Origin: Paraspadella gotoi
Taxonomy: Eukaryota > Animalia > Chaetognatha
DNA length: 64,000 nucleotides
Assembly: GCA_051294375.1 (NCBI GenBank)
Contig: CM119266.1
Span: forward strand, 8,642,606 to 8,706,605
Reading direction: 5' to 3'
Shown: piece after piece, positions 35,300 to 50,045 of the stretch
Layout: every line of letters begins with the position of its first letter
How positions within the stretch are numbered: position 1 is the stretch's first letter
Translations under genes and position numbers: made by a program
Notes under the pieces: generated by a model
The model's input: only the letters and a program-made list of their open reading frames with translations
Databases searched by the model: none
Told to the model about the DNA's origin: nothing

Positions 35300-38066
35300 C
35301 TCTTAATTTAGATTCCCGACGGGTGTATCGGGATAACAACGACAACAATCACTTTTTACTCCTTTTTCCTCGGATTTTATCCAAATAAAAAAAAGAAAAT
35401 TTCGGATTAAAATTGGGATGAAAGAACCGAAATTCTTAAGGAGAAAAAAAAAGGTTTTATTTCCTTTTTTTTTTCCGATTTGATCCGAGATTTGGGCGGC
35501 GACGACGATGACGATGACGACGATGATGACGACGATGAAGATGACGACGAAGATCACAGCAACAAATATTCAAAACCGTATTTTACATGATAATATTTTA
35601 AAAATGAATTAATGCAATTAATTAATAGTTTATGATGTTAAATAATAAATTAAAACTTAATGAGATCTCAGCGTGAGAAAGGTTTGTCTTCACTCCGTGA
35701 ATTCACCGCCGAAGAAATCGGCGATGTTCATTTTTATGTCTGGACTGTAACCTTGACCACGAAAAAAATGGTTGTTTCACTTTTAATACAAAAAAATGGA
35801 AAAAGTCGAATGATTAGGAAAAAAATATTTAAAAATTGATTAATATTTTACTAACTGTACCAATGGTGTAAACTTATTCTTATTTTTTAATCCAACATTA
35901 ATGAATGACGACAGTATAATTTTTTGTATTTTTACTGCATTCCCTTACAAATTCCAGAAAAAGTTATATTTTTATCTTTGCTATAGTTAGGATAATGTCT
36001 GTTAGTGATTAATGTCTTTCCCAGAAAATTCTTTCACTTGAAGATAAAAAAAATAAAATTCGTTTCTTCCGGATTTGAAAAAGAATTAATCAGAAAAAGA
36101 AGAAGAAGGAAAAGAAAAAAGAAAATCATAAAAAAATGAGCATTATTAATTATTTTTGGTTGATCACAAAGATTAAATAAATAAAATTACGAGATTGAAT
36201 AATGAATATGGGAATTAATCATGAAGTAAAAAGAAGGCAAGAAGGTAGAAACAGAAAGATAAAAAATGTTATAGGAAAAGGCGTTCCATGGGTGCGTTCG
36301 TAGGGAAAAGTAGAAAAGGGAGAAAAATACTGAATGGTTATTAGAGAAAACAGAAAGAGAAGAGAAAAGAAAGGAAAAAAAAGTGAAGAGTACAAGAGGA
36401 TTTAAAAAGAGGAAGTAAATGAAGGCAAGAAAAAAAGAAAAGAGAGAAAGAGAAAGGAGAAGTGAATTAGAGGGAGAGAGAGTGAAAGTAAGATTCGATC
36501 GTTAAAAAAGGTGAGTCATGAATCGGAACTTTGAGAAAAGTTGAATGAATGAGTGAAAGAATCAATTAATGATTCAATGAATGCTTGAATGAATTACTGA
36601 ATGGACGAATGAATGCGTGCTACTGTTATAAATCAGAAATGTGAAGCTGATAACTTACTTCCAATGATGATGATGATGATCGACAATGAGAAAAAAATGT
36701 TATCCAATAAAGATAATCGTTTATTTATGGGTGGGCGGGAGGCGGCGGAGGCGCGAGCAGGGTGGGGGATCTTAAGGGGAGGCCAGTTAGTGGGGGGCAG
36801 CAGACTAATTGATGACAAAAAGCGGATTATTAAGCATAATAAGATAAGACCTTATTACAAAAATTAAAAAAAAACAGTAGCTTGCTATTTTTTTTTTCAA
36901 GTCGATATTGCCTTTAAAATGTAAATTAATTCAATTTATAATTTACTCCCTTAATTTTTGTTTCCTTTTGTTGTTTTTACTTTAATTTTATTTTCAGTTT
37001 TATTTTCTTTTTTTTATTTTCTTTTTTTTAACTTTTATTTTCATTCTATTTTTATTATTCCAAAGGTTTATTTTTTTTTCCCGTCGCTCAGGTCCGGTTG
37101 CGGTTATTTTTTTATTGACTCAACTTTTTTTTTCATTTTTAAATCTAACACAGATCGAGTTTTTGAAGATGTTTTTCGGGAGTTTATCGAGTTTTTTGGG
37201 TTTTTGGGTTTTGAAGTCGAAGGGCGAATCTGAAATGTCACGACCCGAAAAATCGCTAATTCGCCAAAAGAACAAACATTTGAATTCAAATCGTTTGTTT
37301 TTTTCTTTAAAAGATGAGAATTTTTTGGATTTGCGTAATTTCGAAACAGATATTTTGTTTTCCGGGGCGTTTAACCGTGAATTATCGTGTCAATAACTGT
37401 GAGCTTTATTATCCCATTACTAAAAGCCTTTATTTTTAGATTGGACTGGGAAAACGCAGTTTCACTAAAAGTAACAATAATGTACAAATATTTTTCGAGT
37501 CGTAAAAGTTACCATGGAGGTACATATTTTAAGGCGGGTCTTTTTCTTTCAATCAGTTTTTTCATTCTTCCTTTCCCCTTTATTTCCTTTATTTTCTTTT
37601 TTTTTATTTCTTTCTGTCTTTTTTTTCTGTTTTTCGTTCTTTCTGTCTCTCTTTCCTTCTTTCCCTCATGCCCTCATTCTTTCCCTTTTCCTTTTTTTAA
37701 ATTTAAAGCGGAGTTTGAAAAAGAAATAAGATCCTAATTTTTTTACTAGACCCAAATATTGTGTCTTTTTTCGTTGAAAAAACGTATTTGTTTTCGAGTA
37801 TTATTTTTCTTTAGTGATGTTAAATTAGACGTTCTAACATTTTTTGTTTGAAGTCACTGTTTCATTTGTCATTTATAACTAAATTAACTATTAAAGAGTT
37901 ATGGTTCAATATCAATATATAAATATTTATATATATGAATATCCATTTCGTATGTTTCTTTCAGGTCATGAAACAATTTTTTTTTTCAATTTAAATTCTT
38001 TGGAATTTAACTTCTTCGACGCCGAAGATTTTGAACTTTGGCGCCGATTGTTGATCTTCAAATTGC

Positions 38067-38115
<49 letters not shown>

Positions 38116-38165
38116 CTTCATATAAAAATCTTCCTCTTCGTAGTAAAACAAAGTCCTCAACCTCA

Positions 38166-38223
<58 letters not shown>

Positions 38224-38366
38224 GAGAGACGAAAGTGTGCGATGGGCGGCGTATACTTCGGCGTCCCTGACTTCTTTCCGTCTCTCACCTTTCGGGTGGG
38301 GGAAAATGGCGGGGGTCGAAGAGGGAGGGGAGGGGTTGAGACGATGTCGGGGGCAAAAAAAAAAAA

Positions 38367-38438
<72 letters not shown>

Positions 38439-38716
38439 GTGATAATATTTTAAGGTAAATAGAGAAGAGAAAACAGGAAAATGATATATTGATTTAAAAA
38501 GTAATTGAAGAAGTCCTTTTCTTTTTAAGTAATTGAAGAAAGTTCTTTCTTTTTAGCTTAGAATTGCAGTTCGTAATCATAACTTATTGAGTATGAGATT
38601 CAATCAAAAATATCTCGTCCGAGTTTTAAATTTTTATTTCTTGTCGTAAAAGTTGAGGACGAAAAAAAAATGAGTAAACAAAGGAAAATTCTATTCTTTA
38701 TCCTAATATTTATTAA

Positions 38717-38944
38717 TTATATATATGTAAATATTCGTGGTTGAATGTTCGTGAACGCATCATGTAGTGTTGTATGATGTAGGCCATTGCATGCAAAACA
38801 TTCACGTTCCGACTGACAATTCAGTTTCACATGTCCCGGCCTTAAGCACCGGAAGCAGAGACGGAAGTTTGTTGCTGATTCTTTACGGGAGATGGCGTCT
38901 GCATTTCGAAACATAGTGCAGAGGCTGATTGGGTGATTTTTCAT
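38717..38944 (-). mobile_element. BEL/Pao LTR-retrotransposon Gag zinc-knuckle remnant
   Basis: Peptide H..SLC..F......R......LCFRCLRPGHVKLNC......CFACNGLHHTTLH matches the multi Cys-His knuckle typical of BEL/Pao Gag. It is isolated between (TA)n runs. Confidence 0.75.
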
Positions 38945-41900
38945 ATATATATATATATATATAGATATTAATATATATATATATATTAATAATTATATTA
39001 TTATTATATTAGACAAAGTTCTTTACAATATCTATGTATGTATCAATGTATTTATACATCGATAATTTATTGATTTCTCCTTCGAAATCAAAACAAAATG
39101 AAAATAACATAAATTTATAAGTTTCGAAGCTTTTGCGATCTTTTGTTTTTCCACTAAACGAAGAGCGTACTACTTGAGGAACGGTGCTCCACCTGTGTTT
39201 TTTTTTCTCACATTTCGACAACAGAAGAACACATATCTAGTTGAAAAAAAAAATTCACGATTAATTTTACCATACTACTCGGCGAAGAGAATAGAGTATA
39301 AAACCTTGGGATTTTATTGATTTAGTAAAACCTATTTTAGACGAAAAATTTAATTTAAATAGATGAAAGTACGTCACGGGATTTAAAATAAATTTATGTA
39401 CACCCTCATCAAATAAAATATGGATGCTGATAATTGGTTGTTAAATCATCCTGTAGAGGTCCCACATCTTAACTAATCTACAATTAGAATCCAATCGATC
39501 GACTTTGCTACCCTTCTCACAGATTCCTTTTTCTTTCCTTTCTTTCTTTTTTTTGTAATCGATACGCAGCTAAAGTTCACTGTCCGAAGACGACGACGAC
39601 GACGACGACGACCAAGACGCGTCTTGCCTCAGATACTCCCTGAAAAGTTTTATGTGAAACAGCGCCAACGAACGAACGAATGAACCAGCGAACGAACGAA
39701 AGAACGAAATAAACGAATGAATAAACATTAAACAAACGAACTACCGAAGAAACGAACGATAGACACAACGCGTCCGTCCGTTCGTGAAAAATCATCTGAT
39801 TTCGAACTCGATTTTCTTTTCTGATTTTCGAATCGAAAAAAAAATATAAAACTCATCCGCATTCATTCGAGTTTCTGCGTCGTTCATAATTGACTTTTCC
39901 TCGTTCATCATTCATTCTCGATCATGTGTGATCATGTGTGATCATTCATCCGTCGAATTAACGTTACGAACAACCGGTGGTAAATAAACCGAATCGAACA
40001 AATACATCGCTAATTTTTTTAACCCAAAAATTTTGATATCAAAACTTTCTTTTTTTTCGCACACCGGCGGGATAAGTGTTTTTTCTCTTTTTTAAAAAAA
40101 AAAAATGGGGGAAAAAATTCTCATTTGTCCAGCAGATTTTCATAATATTAGGATAATATATATATTATAGAGATATATATAAAATTATATTTCTATATGA
40201 GCGCGAGAAAATCCGAATAATAGACTAGTTGTATCAAGATGGATTCAGATTTTCAAAAACGTTCACACAAGTGATCACACGAGATATATAGCTTTAGATT
40301 TAAAACACTTTTATTCGATTTGATATATTTTCAACCATGAGAGATCCGGTCGATTTTAATCTGGCTCCTATTAATGCATTAGCTTAAATCCGGAATTTGT
40401 CAGATAAGCGATGACGCTCTTGATATATACGCAGGTAAATTTTAAAACGATTTTTTAATTAATATAATATATACTAATAAAATAATGAAATTTATAGTTT
40501 TTAGAAATATATTAATAAATTAATCACTTATAAATATTAAATTATTTTAGTATTTATAACACTGAAATATATAATATATAAATGAGATCTTGAATGCTTC
40601 TTTTTCTTACCAAAATGAGGGAATAGATGATTAGGATATATATTAACTATTTTGCTTGAGTTTAAGTTCTTTTAATCCTGAAATGTACTATATATAAAGT
40701 GTGTTATATAAATTGTATAATTCATATTCGTTTAAGTTGAACTATTATACGTGCTTTAATAATAGGTAATATGGAAAAATCTTGAATAGCAAAGATTAAA
40801 GATAACCAATAAATATATATATATAATATAATATTTAAATAACTTTAATAATAGATAATTAAGTAAAAATTATATTTAAAAATTAGCCTCAAGTAGCAAA
40901 GAAGAATTTATTATTTAAAATTATTATGAATGATTTTACTATTATTTTTTAAAGTATTTTTAAGTCAACTATATATAATAAGTACGCCGACCGTAGGAAT
41001 AAGCGTGGGAAATAGTGGGCGGAATCCTAAGGGGGAGAGAAGAGAGAAGAGATATATAGTGGCCAATGCTACATGGGTGAATCCTAGGGGCGCCATTTTT
41101 ATGGGCCATAATACGTGGATAAGATGCTACCACAGTATATAATTATAGATAAGTGAAAAGATATATATAGATCAATGATTTAAGTATATTATGTTTGAAT
41201 GATCAGAAGAATTAAATTACCGATCTAATAATATTATAAAATTTGAATAGCAAAGTACATACATACATTTGTTTTATATAGAGATATATAGATACCGATT
41301 TCATAGATTGGACCGATTGGATCTTTTTGTGTTTGAGGCGCAACAGTGAACAGGACTTCTTGTTTGATATGGTATAAATAACATAGAGATATATATATAG
41401 TATATATATATAGATATATATATATTCATTTATTAAGATAGTATATATAGAGGAAAACTTAACTTCCAAGATTTTTAAAGGAATTGCTTTTGTTTTTAAA
41501 GTTTTTTAAACTCAATAACTATATAATATAATTTTCAATTAAATTCGAACCTATTGTCTGTAAATTAAATGTATAGATTCATAATGTTAATCTTCAATCG
41601 AAAGCACATTGAAAAAAGTGGTAAACCATTATGACTATAAACAGTATGATAAATATATAATATATATATATATAAACATATATATATATCGAAAAATGGT
41701 CATATATATATGTAAAAACAATTTATGTCGTTAATTGTTAACCCAGTGATAAAAAAGTTATTATTTCGGTTCTAAAATCAAACAAGCAAATGAAGGAATA
41801 AAATCATACAGATGATAAAAACTAAATGAAAATCCGAGGAATAGTATTGTTTAAAGTAGTTTGAAAAAAAGTTTGTACTATGGAATATCAAACCCTGCAT

Positions 41901-44483
41901 TAATGCCTTATAATTATTAGACCTATTAATGAAGGTTTAATGAGAAAAATAAAACTATAGTACTAGGAAATGACTTTATAATATAGATAATAGTTTAAGA
42001 AGAAGGGGAATAAAATTGTAAATCGAATCATATCCGTTATAAAGCGATTATGTTTTTGTATAATATTGTTATAGTAAAGAAATTTCGAGTCTTTATATTA
42101 AATTATTAATTATATTTTATTGTTATTGGTATCATTATTACTAATTATAAGAATCGATATTTTATATTTAATCAGTTCTAACTTTAAATTATATGGTTCA
42201 GGACTGAATTCAGCGTGACATGCAAAACAAAAAAATAGCGATTAATTTCTAAATGTTTTCCATTATAAAACAGAAAACCTATTAGAAATCACAACATGCA
42301 GCTAACTAAAAACTTTAAAATTATTAAGCATTATGAAATTATTAGTACCAACATAGAAAATATTATTAATATGAGCATATGTTATTAAGAAGAAAATAAA
42401 CTCCATCGTCAGATTTCACAGGAAAGATGCTTCTTTTATGAAGAAATTCGCGAATTTCCGCAGGTTCGCTAGTATCTTTTGTTCTCGTTTTTGACTCGGT
42501 TGACGGTCAGTTTATACCATATAAAAAGATACGAAATTGAGTATTTCGTCTCAGGGATCTTCTTTTGTTAATGCATTTAAACTTAAATAAGTTTTATACG
42601 AAAAAATTATTTATTTACTGTCCTGATTAGGTGTGCAAACGTTTTTAAAATGAAATCTTATGTTAGCTGTATATTACTGCAACGTTTGGGTCTAGTTAAA
42701 GTCTCTCGAAATATTTAAATAATAATAAAGAATTTGAGTTTCGTCGTCTCGACCCAATCCGGGGCTCCGTTTGTTCCGTGTTTCCGATCGTTCGAGACGT
42801 CGCCGTCAATTCGTCCGTCAGTCACTTGGTCCGTCATCGTTCCTGGCCCCTTAATCCGTTCAAAAGAGACGTTACAGATATATGCGAAGGTATGTGTATC
42901 ATATTTCTCATACATAGAAAAACTATTTCAAAATTTGGTCTCATTCGACACTTCAAAGGAAAGAAATGACTGAAAAATGAAACAACATTTTAAGCTGTTG
43001 AATAATAAAAAAAAAGTCAGTCAAAACAAATGTTTAAAAAAGACACAAAATTTGTAATTTTTTTTAAAAAAATGATGGGAAACAGCGTCAAAACTCGAGC
43101 AGTGTTGATAGAGAAAAGCATATAGTTTGAATGAAAGTTAAAATGACGAAATTTGAATTAAAAAATAGACTTTTTTGAATTTTTTTTAAACGAAAAGATG
43201 AGTTTTGCTTGGATTCGTTGTTTTAATTTTTATAAATATTAAAAGTAATTACTTTTCTAATTATCCGACTTTTCACTGTAAGTTTTAATTGAGTTATATC
43301 CAAAGTTCAAATTTAAATTCACTCTTCAAAAATCGTTATTAGCTGCAAATATCAAAATTTAACAAAAACCAAGTAATTGATCCTCATAGACTTGTATACG
43401 ATGAATACAGATGAAATAACAATTAATTACCGAAATAAAAACCCAATTTTTTTTTACTATAATCTAAATCGAAATCATCAAATTAGTTTTTTAAGTCACG
43501 AAAAACTGAAAATGAAAAAAAAAAAGAAATTTCGCTGCTTCAATTTTACAACTTTTTTGTATTCGATAAAATTCCCTGTAAATCACTGTGATCCAGTGTT
43601 TGACTTCCATTCAGGGAAAAGAAATCTTAAATATGACCCGATTGTAAATGACCTTGCATCAGTGTGATCCGATTTACGAAAAAGTCTTTGTTTTATTACT
43701 TGTCATCACTTGTCGTCTCAGAGATCTGAGAACAAAACGAACGAATGATAAATTTATCTGTTTCTCGATTTTTATTTCGATCGTAAATTTAACATCCAAA
43801 TCCGATTATTACACTACGTAATAATTTACTAACTTTCATCGAAGCTTAACATCTCCTTTATGTTCGAATGGTCGTGGAAAAAAAATGGGAAGACCTTTAC
43901 AATAAAACTGATATAAAATTAAAACTAATAGGTTCTGCTTATATATTTTATGTTTTTTTATTGCATAAGCCGTACCACTTTGTCGCTCTCGTTTCGGGTT
44001 CAACTCATTTATGACACGATTCTACTACTTGTCTTTCAATTAATTATCAAACACCTTAAAATAAACGAGACGCGAAATGTTTATCGCATCTTGGATTTCC
44101 GACAAATTGATTCCTTTTTATTGAAAGGTAGATCATGGTCTATACAATGTTCATCTCCTATGAAATTGGTTTAACTAATAGCATCAAAAAGAAACAATAT
44201 ATTGTTAACACCCAACACTATACCAATATAACAGCAATCCAAAGGACAAAACCCTTTGACCAGTGACCTATGGAAAAATAAATATTGCCAAATAAGAAAT
44301 TATAAAGACAGCAAGTTAGACGTTATAGATATAATTTATAATACATTCGCAGCTAAACATGACATAACATGACAAAAACAATGGGTCGAAATTACCAAGA
44401 AATTCGCGTTGATTATTTCCTTCCTATTGTGACGACGAAGACGACGACAACGACGACGATGGATTTTTTCAAAGTTCGGGCAC

Positions 44484-44523
<40 letters not shown>

Positions 44524-45059
44524 CTCTCTTCTCTCTCTCTCTCTCTCTCTCGTCTGCAAAGCGGCATATCGTACAGATTCTCGTTAAAACTCAAGTTAAA
44601 AAGTTTAATTTTTTTAAAAATTTCGTGGAATTTCGTGTTGCCTAGCGATAAAAATCAACAAAAATGAATTTAAAAGCTAATCAATTATTTTAAAAATTAC
44701 GAGACAAATTTTTAAAAATTTTTAGTCATAGTTTTCTTTAATTAATGGAACAAAAAATATTTAAAAAAGTGTATATCCGAAGTTGATAAACAAACAAACA
44801 AAACAAAAAAACAATCTTCAATTCCCCCAAAACTCTTGAAAACATTATCAAGTAGGTTTCTTTAAAAATTAAAGTGGCTTAAAAGCATTAAAAAACCACT
44901 TTGTGATAAATGCGACCAAAAAACCGACCCCGTCGTCTCTTCTCCGCACTCCCTCTCCCTCTCCTTCTCTCTCTCTGTCTCTATCTCTTTTCCATGGTTT
45001 CCAAGCTCTCGGCCCAGTCAGTTTTCAAACCCTTTGCTGATTAGACTTAGCTTGCGCTA

Positions 45060-45123
<64 letters not shown>

Positions 45124-46898
45124 TTTTTCTTTCTCTGCCTCTCTCTCTGTCTCTCTTACACATTCCCTCCTCTATCCTCTGCCTTTAAAAAAGGAAATCT
45201 TTGTTCCTTCTCGTAAATATTTTTTTCGATTTTACGATTTTGTTATTTGAAAAAAGTTTTGGTTTTTTACTCATATTAAATTTTTTTCCAATAAAAATTT
45301 TAAATGGTTTCGTTTAGTTTCTTTAAATATATTTTTCCTTCAGTTTTTTTTTTCCTATTTTTTGCAAAATAATTTTAAATATTTTTTTTGTGTTTTAAGA
45401 TCTTTTTTTTTTTCACCTTTACTGACATCAACCTTTTTCACCTTTCACATTTAGATTCAAATTTTTCGTTGTTTTATCATTTTAGAAATATATGCTATAA
45501 CTATTTATATTTATATTAATGCTTTTGTATTTTCGCTTTCGTTTCGCTTAAAATTATGGAGAAAACAAAGTTTATATTTGTTTTTCATTTAAAAACCTGG
45601 ATGTGCTGACTGTCGAGTCTTCTTTCGTGTAAAGTTTGTAAACGAAAAATGATCATTTTTTCTTCTTTAATAATGTATATAATGCTATATACCATAAATA
45701 TTATAATCAAATGGTTTTCATTACCCGTTCCTTCTTCATTCTTGAACACGGCCCCCCCAACCACCGCCACCCATTCCTCTCCCATTCCCTGCCTTTCTTC
45801 AACTGCCCCTCCCTCATCAAAAACTTTGAATTTCCTTTCCCACAATCAGGATCTTAGCCGGAATCAAGTAGCTCAAATTAAAATTAATTGAAATAATTAA
45901 GTGAAAATTCAACATTGAAATGACTTATCGGAACTTAAAATTATATTTATCATGAACAGAAATTATGTTTGAATGTTTTTACTATTTTCCTTTTCAACAA
46001 TAATTAAATTTTTTTCCGGTCTGTCCAATGAGGGTGCCGGACAAAAAATCCGAACATTTTTCGTCGGTCGAATCCAAATCTGGATTTTTGGGTTTTTTTT
46101 AAAGAAAAATGTGCGGTGAGTGTGTGAGTGTGTGAGTGAGTGAGTGAGTGAGTGAGTGAGAGACAGAGAGAGAGAGAGAGAGAGACGATACTGGCCTACG
46201 AAACTCGATTTAAAACCGGTTTTTCGTTTTCACTTTTCAGTCACGAAAGAAACGACTTTTTCTTCAGAGATAAAAAAAACCAAAAAAAACAAAAAACAAA
46301 CAAACAAACAAACAAACAAAAAAAAAACAATCTTTAAAATTTGAAACCTTACATCATAGTTTCCCTTTCTTAAATAATTAAAGTTTATTTACTATTTCCT
46401 CCTCCTAGTTAATTATTTTACCCGTTATTTAGTAATTTCGTTGCTCTGTTGTTTTGTCATTTATCCTAGTTTTCCTCGTTTTCTAGTTTTACTTCTACTA
46501 CATTTTTATTTCCCGGATTATTTACTTCGTTATTGACTTATTCCCTCCTTTTTCTTTTTTATGCTTTTCTCGATTATTCGCTTTAATTGTTATCGTTTTT
46601 TTCTTTATCGCTTATCCACTGTAAACCAATGCCTTGCCTAATATTTTTTTTATGGATAACAATTTGAAAGTTTTTATAATATTTACCAACTACGTCTAAA
46701 ATAAATTGTACGCGCCGAATTTTAAAAAAACTAGCAAATATATTACGAATAATACGAATAAGCTATTAAGCATCTTTTTTGATTAAAAATTGACGAAAAA
46801 GTTGTGAACCTCATTAAGTCATTTTTTTTTATTAAAGTACATCATTTGTTTTACTCAACATCATTACTTTACATAAAACCACCAAATGTACATAAATT

Positions 46899-46957
<59 letters not shown>

Positions 46958-47067
46958 AATCTTATCTAATCCCTTCAGAGGGACAGAGTCAAATCCAGTT
47001 GCCTCGACTTGTTTCGCTTTTTCCCCCGTCGATTTTTCTGGGCAAAATCTCTCTCTCTCTCTTTCTT

Positions 47068-47100
<33 letters not shown>

Positions 47101-47463
47101 CTCTTTCGTTCTCATAAGTTTTTTCCCCTCTTTATTTGATTATTTCCTGTTTGAAGTGTTAATTGAAACTAATCCAGTTAAATATTGACTATTGATACTG
47201 ATTGTGTTCTAGTAAGTATTATATAGTTACCCAGTTTTAAATATAAGTGTCGTGGTTTAGTTTTATATTTAAGTCAGAATTTTATTTTATCATAATCTCC
47301 CTGAGCACATTAGTTTTGACTTTTTTTTGGACCGATTTTCTCCGCCCCCCGAATCGAAACTCGCCCGCACTGAGAGATCGCTGCTAAGAGAGTTGGCTCG
47401 CTTTTCGCCGCTACTCGCCAGTTGCCTTTCGAGTGTCTTTTCTGTCGTCGTCGTCGTCGTCGT

Positions 47464-49498
47464 NNNNNNNNNNNNNNNNNNNNNNNNNNNNNNNNNNNNN
47501 NNNNNNNNNNNNNNNNNNNNNNNNNNNNNNNNNNNNNNNNNNNNNNNNNNNNNNNNNNNNNNNNNNNNNNNNNNNNNNNNNNNNNNNNNNNNNNNNNNNN
47601 NNNNNNNNNNNNNNNNNNNNNNNNNNNNNNNNNNNNNNNNNNNNNNNNNNNNNNNNNNNNNNNNNNNNNNNNNNNNNNNNNNNNNNNNNNNNNNNNTCCC
47701 AAATCTTTTTTGTCTTTTATTTTTTATTTTCATCAGATAATTACTTTAACAGCAAAATCGGTGGTCTGATTAAGACGACGACGACCATATCGACGAAGTT
47801 TGTGTTTATATTAATGACTTAAACGGGTGGGGTTTTTTCCCAGCCACTCGGGCCCAACCTTCGTCTTGATTCAAAGTTGATTTCTTATTTTAAATTTCGT
47901 CTTTAAATGTCATTAAGTTTTACTTTATTCAACGGCTCTAGAACCGGTTTGTTTTCAATTAACCTTTTATCTTTTTTTTTTAACGAGAATTCGTTCATCG
48001 ATCGTCCGGAAAAATCATTTGCTATTAATATTTAATTTAGCACTTGACTCACTTCTTGCTTATCCCCTGAAGAAAATGTCAAAGTGTATGACTAACTTTT
48101 CTTTTTCTTTCATTCTCTTTTATTTTTTTTTCTCCATTTTTTTCTCCAGTTCTTTATTATTTTTTTTATTTCTATTTTTTATTTTCTTTTTTTTTATTTC
48201 TTTTCTTCTTTCCTTTCTCTATTTAGATTTTTTAAAAAAATTTTTGAAAAATTGGAAAAAATATATTCCAACGCAGTCCAGTGTCACCTTTTCTTGAAAA
48301 TCTTTTCACGCCAATTACACTTTTAATTTTTTTTTCACAATCCCTTTATGATTTATCCTCTCTCTCTTTCCTCTCACCCTCTCATCTTATTTTTTTTCCG
48401 CTCCCCTTTTTCTATTTTCTCAACTTCCTTCCTTTAAACCCCNNNNNNNNNNNNNNNNNNNNNNNNNNNNNNNNNNNNNNNNNNNNNNNNNNNNNNNNNN
48501 NNNNNNNNNNNNNNNNNNNNNNNNNNNNNNNNNNNNNNNNNNNNNNNNNNNNNNNNNNNNNNNNNNNNNNNNNNNNNNNNNNNNNNNNNNNNNNNNNNNN
48601 NNNNNNNNNNNNNNNNNNNNNNNNNNNNNNNNNNNNNNNNNNNNNNNNNNNNNNNNNNNNNNNNNNNNNNNNNNNNNNNNNNNNNNNNCGCAAAATTGAA
48701 AGAAATATTCGAAAAAACCTTTCAGCTTCTTTATTTTTCTAAACTAATACTCGAATAAAAACGCCGAAAGCATTTTCGCGACTTTTACGATGCTCGTTAG
48801 AAAAATATTGGGTTAAAAAAAAAATCTGCGTGACTCGTTCACGTTTTTTAGAAATAAACAAACAAAAGCAGAGAGAATCGACCTTTACGATGCTCGTTAG
48901 AAAATATTGCGGTTAAAAAAAATTCTGCGTGTCGTTCTAGTTTTTTAGAAATGCTTTTTACGTGTTTTACGATAGATGATTCGTGATATGTTTATATCAT
49001 ATTACTATATAGTGTATTACTTGTCTGATAATTGAATAATACACCACGTCAAATCGATACCGTTGTAAACATCAGTAGAACCGCGATGCTCATTTCTTCT
49101 TTTTTTTTTTCGGCAGAAATCGCATGCGATCTTCTTCATCTTTCGATCTCTGGCAAAAGTAAACAAATCGTCAACAACAGACAAGGAAATGTAAACAAAA
49201 TCCTCATCCCTAGGTAAACATGGAAACTTTCGTCTCAAAATATTACATGGGGGAAAAACGATTTGTAATAGAGTATAAAATTTGTGTTTTTAAAAAATTG
49301 CATGCTCGTAAATCGTTCATAAATTATAATTATATCCTCAAATTAAATATTAAAATAAAAAAAATTAAGATAGAGTGTATAACATAAACAATTAAAGTAT
49401 ATACAAAAATAAATGTTTTTAAAAAAAAAACTTGAGTTGTACGCTGAAAGGCAGAGTCGAAGGCAGAGACTCTNNNNNNNNNNNNNNNNNNNNNNNNN
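47464..49498. other. Assembly gaps (47464-47696, 48443-48688, 49474-49498; also 29308-29317 and 63934-63958)
   Basis: Runs of N. Confidence 1.
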
Positions 49499-50045
49499 CT
49501 TTTTAGTGTTTTTACGATAAGATGATTCGTATATGTTATATCAATTATATATATAGTGATTATTGTCTGATAATTGAATAATACACTACGTAATCGATAC
49601 GTTTGTTTTAACATAGTAGAATCCGCGAATGCCTCTATTTCTGCATCTTTTATTCGGCAGAATCGCATGCGATCTTCTTTATCTTTCGATCTCTGGCAAA
49701 AAGATAAACAAATCTTCAACAAAGACAGAGAAATGTTAACAAAATCCTCCAATCCTAGGTAAACATTGGAAACTTTCGTCTCAAATATTATCATGTGGGG
49801 AAAAACAATTGTTAATACTAATTATAGATATAAAAATTTTGGTTTTTAAAAAATTGCATGCTCGTAAAATCTTAATAATTATAATTAATATCCTCCAATA
49901 ATAAATCATTAAAATAAAAAAAAATTATAGAGCGTGTATTAACCTTAAACCAATTAAAGTTATATACAAAAATAAATGATGTAAAAAAAATAAAACTTGA
50001 GTTTTGTTTGTACTGAAAGCAGATCCGAAAGGCAGAGATCTTTCG
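48955..50045. repeat. Direct duplication of about 520 bp across a gap (48955-49472 vs 49500-50045)
   Basis: The same sequence appears on both sides of the 25-N gap, differing mainly by single-base indels. Confidence 0.85.

Noticed and set aside
34300-48400. Numerous short F/L/S- or R/E-rich ORFs
   Set aside because: They are translations of microsatellites, poly-T tracts or N-gaps, with no splice-consistent gene model.
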